This document shows, piece after piece, positions 1 through 9,779 of a stretch of 32,000 nt of DNA. The first letter of the stretch is position 1; every line of letters starts with the position of its first letter. The translations under genes were made by a program, and so were the position numbers. Under the pieces are notes generated by a model. It was not told the origin of the DNA. It worked only from the letters and a program-made list of their open reading frames with translations, and did not search any database. This DNA is from Candidatus Saccharimonadota bacterium (GTDB taxonomy: Bacteria; Patescibacteriota; Gracilibacteria; Absconditabacterales; Absconditicoccaceae). The stretch is from assembly GCA_030429145.1 (NCBI GenBank), contig JAUIDC010000001.1:570001-602000 (forward strand). The letters are read 5' to 3'.

Positions 1-87
1 TATGGCACGATGATAGAAGGTTTGTGGCCGTTTGTCATCATGTCATTTTAGTTTTATTTACCATATTTAATTACTTGTTTAACTCCT

Positions 88-2193
88 ATGGCAGAATTTA
101 AACCCTTAAATGTAGTCAGAAATGTAGGTATTATCGCGCATATTGATGCGGGAAAAACTACAACAACTGAGCGTATTCTTTACTATACTGGTAAGAACCA
201 TAAAATAGGTGAGGTTCACGAAGGTGAAGCTACTATGGACTGGATGGAACAAGAGCAGGAAAGAGGTATTACTATTACTTCTGCTGCGACTACTTGTTTC
301 TGGAGAGACCACCAGGTAAATATTATCGATACCCCAGGTCACGTGGACTTTACTATTGAGGTAGAGCGTTCTCTTCGTGTTCTCGACGGTGCGGTATGTG
401 TACTTTCTTCTTCTGACGCTGTACAGCCTCAGACAGAAACAGTATGGAGACAGGCTGATAAATATCACGTGCCTCGTATGTGTTTCGTAAATAAGATCGA
501 CAAGATCGGTGCAGACTTCAAGATGTGTATTGACGACATCAAAGAGAGACTTTCAGGTAAGGCGGTAGCATTGCAGCTTCCATACGGTGAGTCTTCAGAG
601 TTTAAAGGTATCGTTAGCCTTTTCTCTATGAGATATTATACGTTTGAAGGTGCAAATGGTGAGCAACAAGTAGAACATGATATCCCTGAAGATTTCAGAG
701 CAGAGTGTGAAGAGTATAGAGAAAAACTTCTCGATGCTGCTTCTGCATTTGATGATGAACTTGCTGAGAAATATCTTGCAGGTGAGGAGATTTCTATTGA
801 GCTTTTGAAGAAGGCTATCAGAAAGGGTGTGGTAACAAATGAACTGTATCCTGTACTTGTTGGTTCTGCTCTTAGAAATGCTGGTGTTCAGCTTATGCTT
901 GATGCTATGGTTGATTTCCTTCCTTCGCCACTTGATATTGGTAATGTACACGGTACAGATATCGATGATCCAGAGAAAAAGATGGAGAGAGAGCCTTCAA
1001 ATAGTGCTCCTGCATCGGCTTTGGCATTTAAGATCATGACGGACCCATTTGTAGGTACATTGACGTTTGTTCGTGTTTACTCAGGTGTAGTGAAATCAGG
1101 TGATTCGTTACTCAATCCAAGAACTGGAAATAGAGAGCGTATCGGACGTTTGCTCTTGATGCATGCAAATAAGAGAGAAGAAGTTTCTGAGATTCCAGCA
1201 GGACACATCTGTGCCTTCCTCGGTCTTAAAGACGTGAAGACGGGTGACACGCTTTGTGATGTGAAAGACACTATCATGCTTGAGCGTATGGAGTTCCCTG
1301 ATCCAGTGATCAATGTGGCAGTAGAGCCTGCTTCAAAGAAAGATCAGGAGAAGATGGGGCTTGGACTTTCAAAGCTTGCATATGAAGATCCTTCATTCCG
1401 TTTCTATACTGATGAGGAGTCTGGACAGACTATCATCGCAGGTATGGGTGAGCTTCACTTGGAAATTATTATTGACCGTTTGAAGAGAGAACATAAGGTA
1501 GAGGCTGTGACTGGTAAGCCACAGGTAGCCTATAGAGAAGCTATCTCTCAAAATGCTGACGGTGAAGGTAAATTCGTTCGTCAGTCTGGTGGACGTGGTC
1601 AGTATGGACATGTACTCATCCATCTTGAAAAGCTTGAAGAAGAAGGAAAGATCTATGAGTTCCGTGATGATGTAACTGGTGGTATCATTCCTAAGGAGTT
1701 TATCCCAGCTATCGATAAGGGTGCTCAGGAGGTTATCAAGCAGGGTCCTATTGCAGGATATCCAGTGATTGGTGTAAGAGTTGCTCCATTTGATGGTTCA
1801 TACCATGATGTAGACTCGTCAGAAGTTGCGTTTAAGGTTGCTACATATAGAGCATTCAAGGATGCCTTCATGAAAGCTGGTCCAACGCTTCTTGAGCCAG
1901 TGATGAGCGTTGAAGTAACAACTCCTGAAGAGTATATGGGTGATGTGATGGGTGACCTTTCTTCAAGAAGAGGACTTATCGGTGCTCAGGATCAGAGAGG
2001 AAATGCTATGATCATCAAGGCAAAAGTACCACTTTCAGAGATGTTTGGTTACTCAACACAACTTCGTTCTATGACACAAGGTAGAGCATCATACTCTATG
2101 GAGTTCGCTTCATACGAGAAGGTGCCAAACAACGTTGCAGACAAGATCATCGAAGAGAGAAAAGGAAAGATCAAAGGATTGGATGAAGAGTAA
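88..2193 (+). CDS. fusA: Translation elongation factor G
   Basis: Uninterrupted 701-aa ORF with GTPase motifs [17 protein letters not shown] and NKIDK, plus typical EF-G domains III-V text. TAA stop. No in-frame TGA. Confidence 0.97.
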   Translation: MAEFKPLNVVRNVGIIAHIDAGKTTTTERILYYTGKNHKIGEVHEGEATMDWMEQEQERGITITSAATTCFWRDHQVNIIDTPGHVDFTIEVERSLRVLDGAVCVLSSSDAVQPQTETVWRQADKYHVPRMCFVNKIDKIGADFKMCIDDIKERLSGKAVALQLPYGESSEFKGIVSLFSMRYYTFEGANGEQQVEHDIPEDFRAECEEYREKLLDAASAFDDELAEKYLAGEEISIELLKKAIRKGVVTNELYPVLVGSALRNAGVQLMLDAMVDFLPSPLDIGNVHGTDIDDPEKKMEREPSNSAPASALAFKIMTDPFVGTLTFVRVYSGVVKSGDSLLNPRTGNRERIGRLLLMHANKREEVSEIPAGHICAFLGLKDVKTGDTLCDVKDTIMLERMEFPDPVINVAVEPASKKDQEKMGLGLSKLAYEDPSFRFYTDEESGQTIIAGMGELHLEIIIDRLKREHKVEAVTGKPQVAYREAISQNADGEGKFVRQSGGRGQYGHVLIHLEKLEEEGKIYEFRDDVTGGIIPKEFIPAIDKGAQEVIKQGPIAGYPVIGVRVAPFDGSYHDVDSSEVAFKVATYRAFKDAFMKAGPTLLEPVMSVEVTTPEEYMGDVMGDLSSRRGLIGAQDQRGNAMIIKAKVPLSEMFGYSTQLRSMTQGRASYSMEFASYEKVPNNVADKIIEERKGKIKGLDEE

Positions 2194-2209
2194 AAGATTA
2201 TACTACTGG

Positions 2210-2241
2210 AAAGTCTCTCCCTTAAAGGAGAGACTTTTTTG
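2210..2241 (+). terminator. Rho-independent terminator after fusA
   Basis: 9-bp stem agtctctcc (2212-2220) / ggagagact (2227-2235), 6-nt loop, then a T-run (2236-2240). Confidence 0.75.
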
Positions 2242-2249
2242 TTATATAG

Positions 2250-2273
2250 AAAAAGTCCTCCTTGTGGAGGACT
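2250..2273 (-). terminator. Putative terminator of the convergent minus-strand gene
   Basis: 8-bp stem agtcctcc (2254-2261) / ggaggact (2266-2273) with loop ttgt. A short T-tract follows on the minus strand (plus-strand A-run 2250-2253). Confidence 0.5.
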
Positions 2274-2297
2274 CTATAGACATCAAGAAATATGTTG

Positions 2298-2915
2298 TTA
2301 CTTATCAAACAACCCTTGTTTCAAGTGATCAGCAAAGTTCTCTTTTGCGTCTTCAGGGTTTTCTTCATCGTAGTGTGAGTGGTGTGCTCCGTCATCATCG
2401 TGAATGTTAACCATATTTGCTCTGCTGATGTGTCTTGCTTGACTTAGTACCTGCCATAGGGTGTAGATGATACCGAGGAGGAGGAGGAGTGAGATGAAAT
2501 AGTATCGATTTGTGAGAGAGATAGTATAAGTGAAGTTGTTTTTGATGAGAAATGTCACGTCACCGATAGATACAAAAGAAGTTGTCATCATCATAAGGAG
2601 TGCTAGTGAGAAGAGCATATCGTTTTCCTTAAATCCGATAACTTGGTTAAGAAATGCTTTAAATCTATAGCTGATAGACCATCCTACGAGTATGATAAAC
2701 GAGAGGAAAATGATGATATTGGACTTGATAAAGTAGGTGTTTATTAGACCAAATACCTTTGCCGGTTCGTTAGAGATGGGTGATATCGTAATGATCGGCA
2801 TGAAAAGGAGACATGCGCCTAAGATAATCGCATAGATAATGAAGATTTTCTCAGTTTTTGAGTATCTTCCCCATTTGTGTCTGAAGACAGAGGTTTTGCT
2901 GTTATAGTTTCCCAT
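2298..2915 (-). CDS. Hypothetical multi-pass membrane protein with an acidic, His-rich C-terminal tail
   Basis: 205-aa ORF with several long hydrophobic stretches (IFIIYAIILGACLLFMPIITI, IIIFLSFIILVGWSI, LFSLALLMMMTTSFV, YFISLLLLLGIIYTLW). TAA stop. No family recognised. Confidence 0.6.
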   Translation of the reverse strand: MGNYNSKTSVFRHKWGRYSKTEKIFIIYAIILGACLLFMPIITISPISNEPAKVFGLINTYFIKSNIIIFLSFIILVGWSISYRFKAFLNQVIGFKENDMLFSLALLMMMTTSFVSIGDVTFLIKNNFTYTISLTNRYYFISLLLLLGIIYTLWQVLSQARHISRANMVNIHDDDGAHHSHYDEENPEDAKENFADHLKQGLFDK

Positions 2916-2965
2916 CTACTAGTAAAAATTTATACAATAAAATCATAATAATCCTCGGTAGTGTA

Positions 2966-3439
2966 CTATTTATTCATGTTTTCAATGTATTCCAACACCT
3001 CATTTGCGTGTCATTTTGCTTTTACTTCTTCCCACTTATACAAAACCTTTCCCTCATTGTCAAGGAGATAGGTGTTTCTTAGTGTTCACATATACTCTCT
3101 TCCCATAAATTTCTTCTTGCCTTCTGCTTCAAATATGGCATGGAGGACCTTCTCTTTGTCAGAAACAAGCCCAATGGAAAGTTCTTGTTTTTCCTGAAAA
3201 CCACAGTGTGACTTTGTTGAGTCTTTACTTACGCCAACAATTTGGGCTCCGACTTTCTCAAACTCTTTTTTACTAGCAGAGAATTCTTTTCCTTCGATTG
3301 TACACCCAGGTGTGTTATCTTTTGGATAAAAATAAAGCACGGTGTAGCGTGCCTGAGACAAAAGGTCATTCATAGATATTTCTTCAGTGTTTCCCTGAGG
3401 AGATACGTAAGAGACAACTGTTTCAAGTAGGTTCACCAT
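2966..3439 (-). CDS. bcp: Peroxiredoxin, Bcp/AhpC-TSA family (recoded; 2 in-frame TGA=Gly)
   Basis: Active-site text YFYPKDNTPGCTIEGKEF. The standard-code ORF stops at TGA 3086-3088. Reading through it gives ...GREYM-G-TLRNTYLLDNEGKVLYKWEEVKAK-G-HANEVLEYIENMNK, the canonical Bcp C-terminus, with the second TGA at 3011-3013. TAG stop at 2966-2968. Confidence 0.9.
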
Positions 3440-3495
3440 GCTGATTAATAATTATGTAAAAAGTGCTACTAATTACTAATGGTTGGGGCTCTTTT

Positions 3496-3894
3496 TTAGA
3501 GACTTCCGCTTGGAGTATAGCTATCGCTAAGAGGAGATGAGCTTTGTGTATTGAAGAAGTCTCCAAAGCCTTCTGAGCCGACACCCATAATTCTTTTGAT
3601 GATCTGTCCAGCTCTATTGAAGATGTTTTGTGCCGTATAGTATTGATATCCTGCTACTTTCATCTGCTTGAAGAGTATTGGAAATACAAAAAGCAGAACC
3701 AGTGTAACAATGATTCCGAGAATAGTATATCTGATATTCTTTATTGCTTTTTGGATGACGTCGTCTTTTCCGTCTGAGAAAATGAACTGAAAGATAGCGC
3801 GAAAAAGAGAGTAGATAGCTCCGGCAAATATGATAATGATGAGTATAGCCAACACGGTAAGGATAATATCCTGTATAGTGGTGTAGTTAGTCAT
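3496..3894 (-). CDS. Small two-TM membrane protein; topology resembles TrbC/VirB2-like (T4SS-pilin-like) proteins common in CPR genomes
   Basis: 132-aa ORF with two hydrophobic helices flanking ...FIFSDGKDDVIQKAIKNIRYTILGIIV.... The family call rests on remembered motif similarity only. Confidence 0.55.
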   Translation of the reverse strand: MTNYTTIQDIILTVLAILIIIIFAGAIYSLFRAIFQFIFSDGKDDVIQKAIKNIRYTILGIIVTLVLLFVFPILFKQMKVAGYQYYTAQNIFNRAGQIIKRIMGVGSEGFGDFFNTQSSSPLSDSYTPSGSL

Positions 3895-3942
3895 CCCGGG
3901 CTATATGGTGAAGAAAATAAAGTGGGTTTTGAGAAGATGATA

Positions 3943-4245
3943 TTATTTACCTTCTTGTTCCTTCTTTGGCTTTCTGTTCTTCGTTTTCAGTGTATAGTAG
4001 TTTTTGAAAAGTTCATCTTTTGTGTGAGTGTGAAGAAGCTTTGCTAGTCTTTCTGAAGGTCTAGCGCCGTTTGCGATGAGCTCTTTTGCTCTGTCTGCAT
4101 TTACTTCCATTTTATGATTGAGAGGATTGTACCATCCAAGTACTTCTGTGTAACCAGCTTTTACTGGCTTAGTATGCTCAGTAACAACGATTCTAAAGAA
4201 AGGACTTTTGGTTCTACCTGCTCTTGCTAGTCTGATAGTCAACAT
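3943..4245 (-). CDS. rpsP: 30S ribosomal protein S16
   Basis: N-terminus MLTIRLARAGRTKSPFFRIVV is typical of S16. 100 aa, TAA stop, no TGA. Confidence 0.93.
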   Translation of the reverse strand: MLTIRLARAGRTKSPFFRIVVTEHTKPVKAGYTEVLGWYNPLNHKMEVNADRAKELIANGARPSERLAKLLHTHTKDELFKNYYTLKTKNRKPKKEQEGK

Positions 4246-4276
4246 TGTTTACACTGTTTGATAACAAATAAATGAA

Positions 4277-4459
4277 TTATTTCAATTTTTCCTTAGATTT
4301 GTGTAGGGTATGAGTTCTACACTGGTTGCAATATTTTTTGATTTCTAATTTCGGATCATTTACTTTGTTTATCATGACAACATAGTTTTGCTTTCCACAT
4401 GTTGTACAAAGGAGTCCTACGTTAATTCTTGCTCCTTTCTTTTTCTTTGTTCCTGCCAT
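4277..4459 (-). CDS. rpmG: 50S ribosomal protein L33
   Basis: 60 aa. The CTTCGKQNY...KKYCNQCRTHTLHK zinc-ribbon pattern is typical of L33. TAA stop. Confidence 0.9.
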   Translation of the reverse strand: MAGTKKKKGARINVGLLCTTCGKQNYVVMINKVNDPKLEIKKYCNQCRTHTLHKSKEKLK

Positions 4460-4540
4460 TGGTGATGTCGTTTGTACTGATAAATATAAATTGATTATTC
4501 GTTATCAATATGGTCTGTACATTGATAAGGGATAATGAAT

Positions 4541-4614
4541 TGGCTTTGGGTAGACTTGAACCACCGACCTCGCCCTTATGAGAGGCGCGCTCTAACCAGC
4601 TGAGCTACAAAGCC
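4541..4614 (-). tRNA. tRNA with anticodon CAU (elongator Met type; lysidine-modified Ile2 not excluded); CCA not encoded
   Basis: The reverse complement is GGCTTTGTAGCTCAGCTGGTTAGAGCGCGCCTCTCATAAGGGCGAGGTCGGTGGTTCAAGTCTACCCAAAGCCA. It folds as a cloverleaf with acceptor GGCTTTG/CAAAGCC, anticodon loop CTCATAA, T-loop TTCAAGT and A73. Confidence 0.9.
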
Positions 4615-4633
4615 ATAGTATATGGGTATATAA

Positions 4634-4721
4634 TGGCGGTGAGGGCGGGATTCGAACCCGCGGTACCTTGCGGTACGACTCGTTAGCAGTGAGCTGACTT
4701 CGACCACTCATCCACCTCACC
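4634..4721 (-). tRNA. tRNA-Ser (anticodon GCU), long variable arm, CCA encoded
   Basis: The reverse complement is GGTGAGGTGGATGAGTGGTCGAAGTCAGCTCACTGCTAACGAGTCGTACCGCAAGGTACCGCGGGTTCGAATCCCGCCCTCACCGCCA. Features: acceptor GGTGAGG/CCTCACC, anticodon loop CTGCTAA, variable-arm hairpin GTACC-GCAA-GGTAC, T-arm GCGGG-TTCGAAT-CCCGC. There is one A:C mismatch at the base of the anticodon stem. Confidence 0.9.
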
Positions 4722-4732
4722 ATCCTTTCAGA

Positions 4733-4756
4733 CAAAAAAAAGCATGAAATGCTTTA
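4733..4756 (-). terminator. Weak terminator-like hairpin plus T8 directly upstream of tRNA-Ser (same strand)
   Basis: The minus strand reads aagcat-ttc-atgctt followed by TTTTTTTT (plus-strand A-run 4734-4741). The stem is only 5-6 bp and AT-rich. Confidence 0.3.
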
Positions 4757-4789
4757 CTGTTGTTCTGAAACCGCTTCACGCGGTGAGAG

Positions 4790-4823
4790 CATACGTGCAC
4801 AGTGTGTACTCGCTTCACGTATG
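4790..4823. repeat. Perfect 8-bp inverted repeat CATACGTG-N18-CACGTATG in the tRNA/ORF4908 intergenic region
   Basis: catacgtg at 4790-4797 and cacgtatg at 4816-4823. A second small palindrome, ccgc-ttcac-gcgg, lies at 4771-4783, and the 9-mer cgcttcacg occurs twice (4772-4780, 4811-4819). Confidence 0.6.
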
Positions 4824-4849
4824 TATACAGATTTTGGGTTGTAATGCAA
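4822..4849 (-). promoter_or_regulatory. Candidate sigma70-like promoter reading toward the tRNA / rpmG / rpsP block
   Basis: Minus strand TTGCAT (plus 4844-4849), 16-nt spacer, TATACA (plus 4822-4827). The -10 overlaps one arm of the inverted repeat. Confidence 0.35.
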
Positions 4850-4907
4850 GGGAAAGTTGCTAAAAAAGAAAGGAACAATTCTTTTCATTTAGTAGAATCA
4901 GACAGTT

Positions 4908-5480
4908 ATGACAGAAACGTTTGTACCGAGTTCTTTAGAGACGTCAGGTGGTAGTGAAACAGTCTCAGAAGCTTCTGAACAAGATATTGTCAGGGTTTCT
5001 GAAAGTATGCAGAAGGCAAAACAGATTGGCGCGCAGATCGGGGCAAGTCAGATACAAAATACGAAATTAGCTCACTTTCTCACATACCTTCTGAATACCG
5101 TACAGGATGAAAACATCTGGATCATTCTTATTGATCTCTTTTCAAAGCCGGATGTGACGACAAGTTCAAATACAGCCAATATGGCGCTGGCAGTCAATGA
5201 AATGGTAGCATTGTTTTTGCCATTTTATATGTCAAAAGTCGAGGAGCTTGATATGCAAGAACTCTTTCAAGAGGTTTCTTATCAGATTTCTCTTGATGAA
5301 CATAGCTATATTCAGTATATACATGCTTTGTATCAAGCTTATCCACTTTATGGACAACTTGATAAAGATATCTTGAGTTCTCTTCTCACGGCAATTCTTG
5401 TCTATCATGGACTGACAAAAGAAGAGGAAGAAAGAGATCTTCAGAAGATCGTTAATGAGGTGCGTGCAGCACTCGGTTAA
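4908..5480 (+). CDS. Hypothetical protein (190 aa)
   Basis: Uninterrupted ORF with ATG start and TAA stop. No recognisable motif and no TM segment. Confidence 0.6.
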   Translation: MTETFVPSSLETSGGSETVSEASEQDIVRVSESMQKAKQIGAQIGASQIQNTKLAHFLTYLLNTVQDENIWIILIDLFSKPDVTTSSNTANMALAVNEMVALFLPFYMSKVEELDMQELFQEVSYQISLDEHSYIQYIHALYQAYPLYGQLDKDILSSLLTAILVYHGLTKEEEERDLQKIVNEVRAALG

Positions 5481-5505
5481 TTTATTATATGTGTAGTTGA
5501 TAAAA

Positions 5506-6243
5506 ATGGAAATAGTGCGTATCCAATGATTGAAAAAAGTATTTCGTAAATGGAATAAAAAAATACCTGTACTAATAGGGGTAGATTTTTCAGTGAAGCA
5601 GGGTGAAATCTACGGGTTTTTGGGTGCCAATGGTGTCGGGAAAACAACACTTCTCAAGTGTCTCTTTCACTATATTTCACATCAGGGAGATGTTGAAATT
5701 TTCGGAACGAAAGACTACTATCATCAAAAATATTTTACCCGTATCGGTTACGCACCCGAAGTGACCAATCTTTATCCTTTCCTTCGCGGAAAGGAGCTCC
5801 TTCACTACATGGGGAAGCTTGCAGGTATGAAGACAAAGCTCATAGAGAAGAGATCGAAAGAGCTTTTGGACAAGCTTGGGTTGACCTTTGCTGAGGACCG
5901 CTTGATCGGAGCCTATTCAAAGGGAATGAAGCAAAGACTTTCTCTCGCAGCATCACTCATCAATGATCCAGAACTTATCTTCCGAGATGAGCCCATGTCA
6001 GGACTCGATCCACTAGGGCGTATTATCGTCAAGGACCTGATGAAAGAGCTTAAGGAACAAGGGAAAACACTCTTTTTCAACACGCATATTCTCTCAGATG
6101 TGCAAGAGATCGCGGACAGATTTGGTATCCTTCATAAGGGAAAGATTGTACATGAAGATAAACCAAGTAGTATTCAAGGATCACTCGAGGAGTTCTTTAC
6201 GAAGACTATTAGAGATATTGATAAAAATGTGAAGGTGAAGTAG
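5506..6243 (+). CDS. ABC transporter ATP-binding protein (ABC-2/CcmA-like), recoded N-terminus
   Basis: Walker [10 protein letters not shown], signature YSKGMKQRL, Walker [14 protein letters not shown]-loop NTHIL. ATG 5506 read through TGA 5527-5529 gives MEIVRIQ-G-LKKVF, the usual ABC N-terminal strand. TAG stop. Confidence 0.9.
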
Positions 6244-6336
6244 TCAGAGAAGAAGCGAGAAAATGATGTTTAAGTATATTGTGTAATTTTTTGAAGAAAA
6301 GTCTATGTAAATTTCCCCTATATAGTAGATTGAGAG

Positions 6337-6364
6337 CAGTGGATTTTGTCCCCTGTTTTTTTTT
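6337..6364 (+). terminator. Putative rho-independent terminator after the ABC ATPase gene
   Basis: Stem cagtgg (6337-6342) / cccctg (6350-6355) with one mismatch, 7-nt loop, then T9 (6356-6364). Confidence 0.45.
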
Positions 6365-6408
6365 GATTACACTTTACATTAGAAGATTTTATACCTTTCT
6401 GTGTTACA

Positions 6409-9400
6409 ATGGGTAACGTGTTAGAACTTAGGTTACAGGCTCCAGGTATCAATGGAATTGATATTAATACAACGGAGATGGCAAAGGATTTTGCTGAACT
6501 ACAAAAGAGGTTCAGTGATGAATTTGCGAAAATGAAGGCAAGGCTTGAGCAGAGCAAGACGCTTGATGAGGCAAAGAAATTTCTCAATGATGTGCCTTTG
6601 TATGCTGATGCTGGAAATCTTACTTTGAAAGTGGGAGATAGTTATATCAAAGCAAAAGATAAGGAAGAATTTGATAAATATAAGAACGATATCGAAACGA
6701 CTATGTCGGAGATGAATAAGAAACTTGCTGAGTATGAGCAGAAGATGCTTGAAGAGCAAAAAAAGACCACAGATAACTCAAAGGGTGAGCTTGATGAGGT
6801 AAAGAAAAATGTGACGATTGAAAAGAAAGAGCAGGATGGTATTGTTCGAGAGTATGACAGGCAGACAGGTATTTCTACGTTTACGTTGGAAAATTGGATT
6901 CGCTTGAATCAGCAGAAACAGTGAGATGCTGGTAGTTCGTTCATGGTTGATCCTGCAGGCAAGATGCAAAGTAGACAAGCAAAGCAGCTTGATAGAAGAA
7001 TTGATAGACATATGGACATCAAGAACGAAAAAAGAAAAGCAAGAAAGTTAGAGAAGGATGCGAGAAAAGCAGAAAAGCTGAGAGACAATGTCGCAAGACA
7101 AAAAGACGCCATGGCTCAGATAGGTGGAGATGTAATGGGTGCCGCTGAAAATAGAAAGCAGACGCTCTACTATGAACAAGTCGCAAAACTTGCTATGGAG
7201 GAGTTTAAAAAAGGTAAATATAACGCAGAAGATACTGTCTATATCAACACATACAATCCACTGTTTACTGTCGAGGGATTAAATCCTTCTGGTAAGGTTG
7301 GTATTAGACTCACCCTTGATCAGGTTGCGCAGTACAACGAGAACATGAGAATCTCTAATGATCCTAGATTGGCACCATATCTTTCACAAGAAGACAAAGA
7401 AGTCATCAATAAGGGCGGTATCTTAGGTGCTGGAGTTGACTGGATGGTACAGCATACTAACTATCCTCCAGAAAGTGCACCAGCATTGAAATCAGCTGCA
7501 AAACTTGGTGCGATCATCGGACTAGGTATCCTTGGATGGCAGACGATTAAGAGAGTATTCAATATTGGTGGTAAGTATTCAGCTGGTGAAAGACGAGGTT
7601 GGGGACTTGGTGCACTTGGTGTGTTAGTAGGAGTCCCTGCACTTACTGGTCAGCGTATCGATCAGCTCCTTTTCAGTGGGGATGCAAAGCTTGCATGGGA
7701 AAAGACAAAAGATCTCTTCTCATCTATGGGTATAGAAACGGGAGAACTTCTTTGAAATACCGACGAGAAAGTTATGGATCCTGCTATGGGTAATCTACTC
7801 TTTGGTGGTTTAACCGTAGAGGAAGCAAGAAAATATATCACCTATAAAGATGGCAAGTACACTATGAGACAAAGTGATTTTACTAACTATCTTATAGAGC
7901 AGGAGGCAAAGGAGACGGATCCTGTGAAGAAACAAACATGGAAAGATAAATTAGCTCTTTGGAAGAAGGCCATCCTAGAAAAGAAGGCTGACAAGATTGG
8001 AAACAATTGGGGGAAAAGTATTGGACTCCATGAAGCAGCAGATAAGGATAAAACGACAGAAGAGCTCTATACTGCCTATCTTGAAGGTCTTCACCTTGGT
8101 GCAGGGCTCTTGGCAGGCGATAAGAAATTGAAGATCAAAGACCTTGATGCATTCAATGCATATGTACGTGAGCAGATTGTTGATAAGGGAAGAGATCCTG
8201 CAAGTATCACAAAGAAGGAACTTTTGGAGAAAGATCTCCTTGAAGAGGTTGTCGAAGAAGGCACGAAAGATGCAGATACGAAAGAGGATAATAATAACAC
8301 AAAAAATAATAAACAAAACAACAAACCTGCTGACAATACTGGTACAGCAGAAGATGTTGGAACTCGAGAAAAGGTTACCAATCGAACATCATCAAACTGG
8401 AAGAAGTTTAAGGGAGCTGTCGCTGCGACGGGTGCAACTATTGCGGGGTGGTTTGGTATGAAAAAGAAACCCGATTCTCCACAACTGAAAGCAGCAAAGG
8501 ATAAACTCCAAGAGATGAAAGATAATCTTGCTGAGCTAGAGGCGATGGATGAGACAAAGAGAAAACAGGTTGCAACAGCAGAAGACATTAAGGAAGCAAA
8601 GGATCAGATAAAAGATGCTGAGTATCAGTTGACGCAGATAGAAGCTATGGACAAGGCGATTGATCCTGTCTTGGAGCCACTAGTGAAAAACAAGAAGCTC
8701 TCACAAAATATGGCAGAGCAATTGACGGAAGCAAAAAACAATCTTAATCTCCAGTACGAACTGATCAATCGTAACAATCAACATGCTATGATCCACTTTG
8801 TGGAGGATCATGGACAGCTCTTTGTAGCAAGTTACAACGAACAGTTGCCTATAACTATCGCGGAAAATGCTGACAAAAAGACATTTACAGCGTCTTTGGC
8901 AGACTGTCCACTTCAGTTCAATACGATGGAAAGTCTTGTGCAGACAGCAAATTTTGTAAACTTCCTCGTAATGAACTATCAGTACACTTCGCAGGAAGCA
9001 AATCCGTTCTATGTCGATGGTGATGAGATTTCTATGAGCGGTCCTGGTATAGATAAAGATATGCTTGAGAACTTGTATCCAGATATTCGTCAGCCAAGAA
9101 CTCAGAAGTTTGTAGACTGGTTGAATAATAAAAAGGGTTCCATGGGCGTTTCAATCTGGCTGGAAACAGGAAGACCAAATAATGATGTCTTGAGAACAGT
9201 CAAAGAGCTAGAGCGTGTGAAGTTGGACTCTAGTATATATGGTTGACTTATCTCAGCCCTTCCGTGACAATATGCACGTAAGAAGATTAGCACTATGGAT
9301 GAGAGCGCTTTGAGAAAAAATGCACAGGGAGAAGTGATTGGATATGGTAAGATCGAGGCTGCGTTTGATGGTCAAGGCCTTGTGTTTAAAACACATGGTA

Positions 9401-9756
9401 GAGAGACTGCTATCATGAAAGATGGGAGAGAGTGGAAGGTAGGAGATTTTAAATACTCACTGGAAACGCCACAAGAAGCTCTTTATATAGCTAACTTTGT
9501 TAACTACTGTAAGAGGTATCTTGAATATGCTACCACTGGTACAGAGCCATTTAATATGTCGTTTACTGATAAATATCTTGAGTTTGCTCAGCATTCCGAC
9601 AGAGAGTATCGATGGGGTCTGTCAGACATTAAGAACGACCTGAAACTCGCAAGAAAAGAAGATCTTATCAGAATGTCCAATGTCTTTGCCAATAAAACAG
9701 TCAGAAAAGAGTTCGCGGCATTTCTCAATAGGACATATCCTAAGTGGCATGGATAA
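6409..9756 (+). CDS. Giant hypothetical protein A1 (1115 aa; coiled-coil-like, two Gly-rich hydrophobic segments, duplicated C-terminal module); 4 TGA=Gly
   Basis: Standard-code fragments 6409-6924, 6943-7755, 7774-9246 and 9295-9756 are all in frame 1. They are joined only by TGA (6922, 7753, 9244, 9265), with no TAA/TAG in the gaps (checked codon by codon). First real stop is TAA 9754-9756. Hydrophobic stretches: LGAIIGLGILGW and GWGLGALGVLVGVPAL. Confidence 0.8.
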
Positions 9757-9779
9757 GTATTTACTAATTGATACGCATT

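Noticed and set aside
1-87. Possible 3' end of an upstream gene (rpsG is expected before fusA), or a terminator hairpin.
   Set aside because: None of the three frames gives a recognisable S7 C-terminus, and the inverted repeat is imperfect. There is too little sequence to support a call.
6400-6408. Extended -10 element TGTTACAAT immediately abutting ATG 6409, which would imply a downstream start for A1.
   Set aside because: It would place the transcription start after the only nearby ATG. The alternative, TTGATT (6363-6368) plus a weak TTTTAT -10, is equally unconvincing. The promoter and exact start of A1 are left unresolved rather than annotated.
8091-8588. Long minus-strand ORFs inside the accessory genes: 8091-8588, 6318-6587, 10829-11050, 16803-17078, 18318-18659 and 20972-21416.
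   Set aside because: They are S/F/L-rich low-complexity translations, typical of the antisense strand of K/E-rich (AAG/GAA) coding sequence. They overlap stronger plus-strand reading frames and have no motifs.
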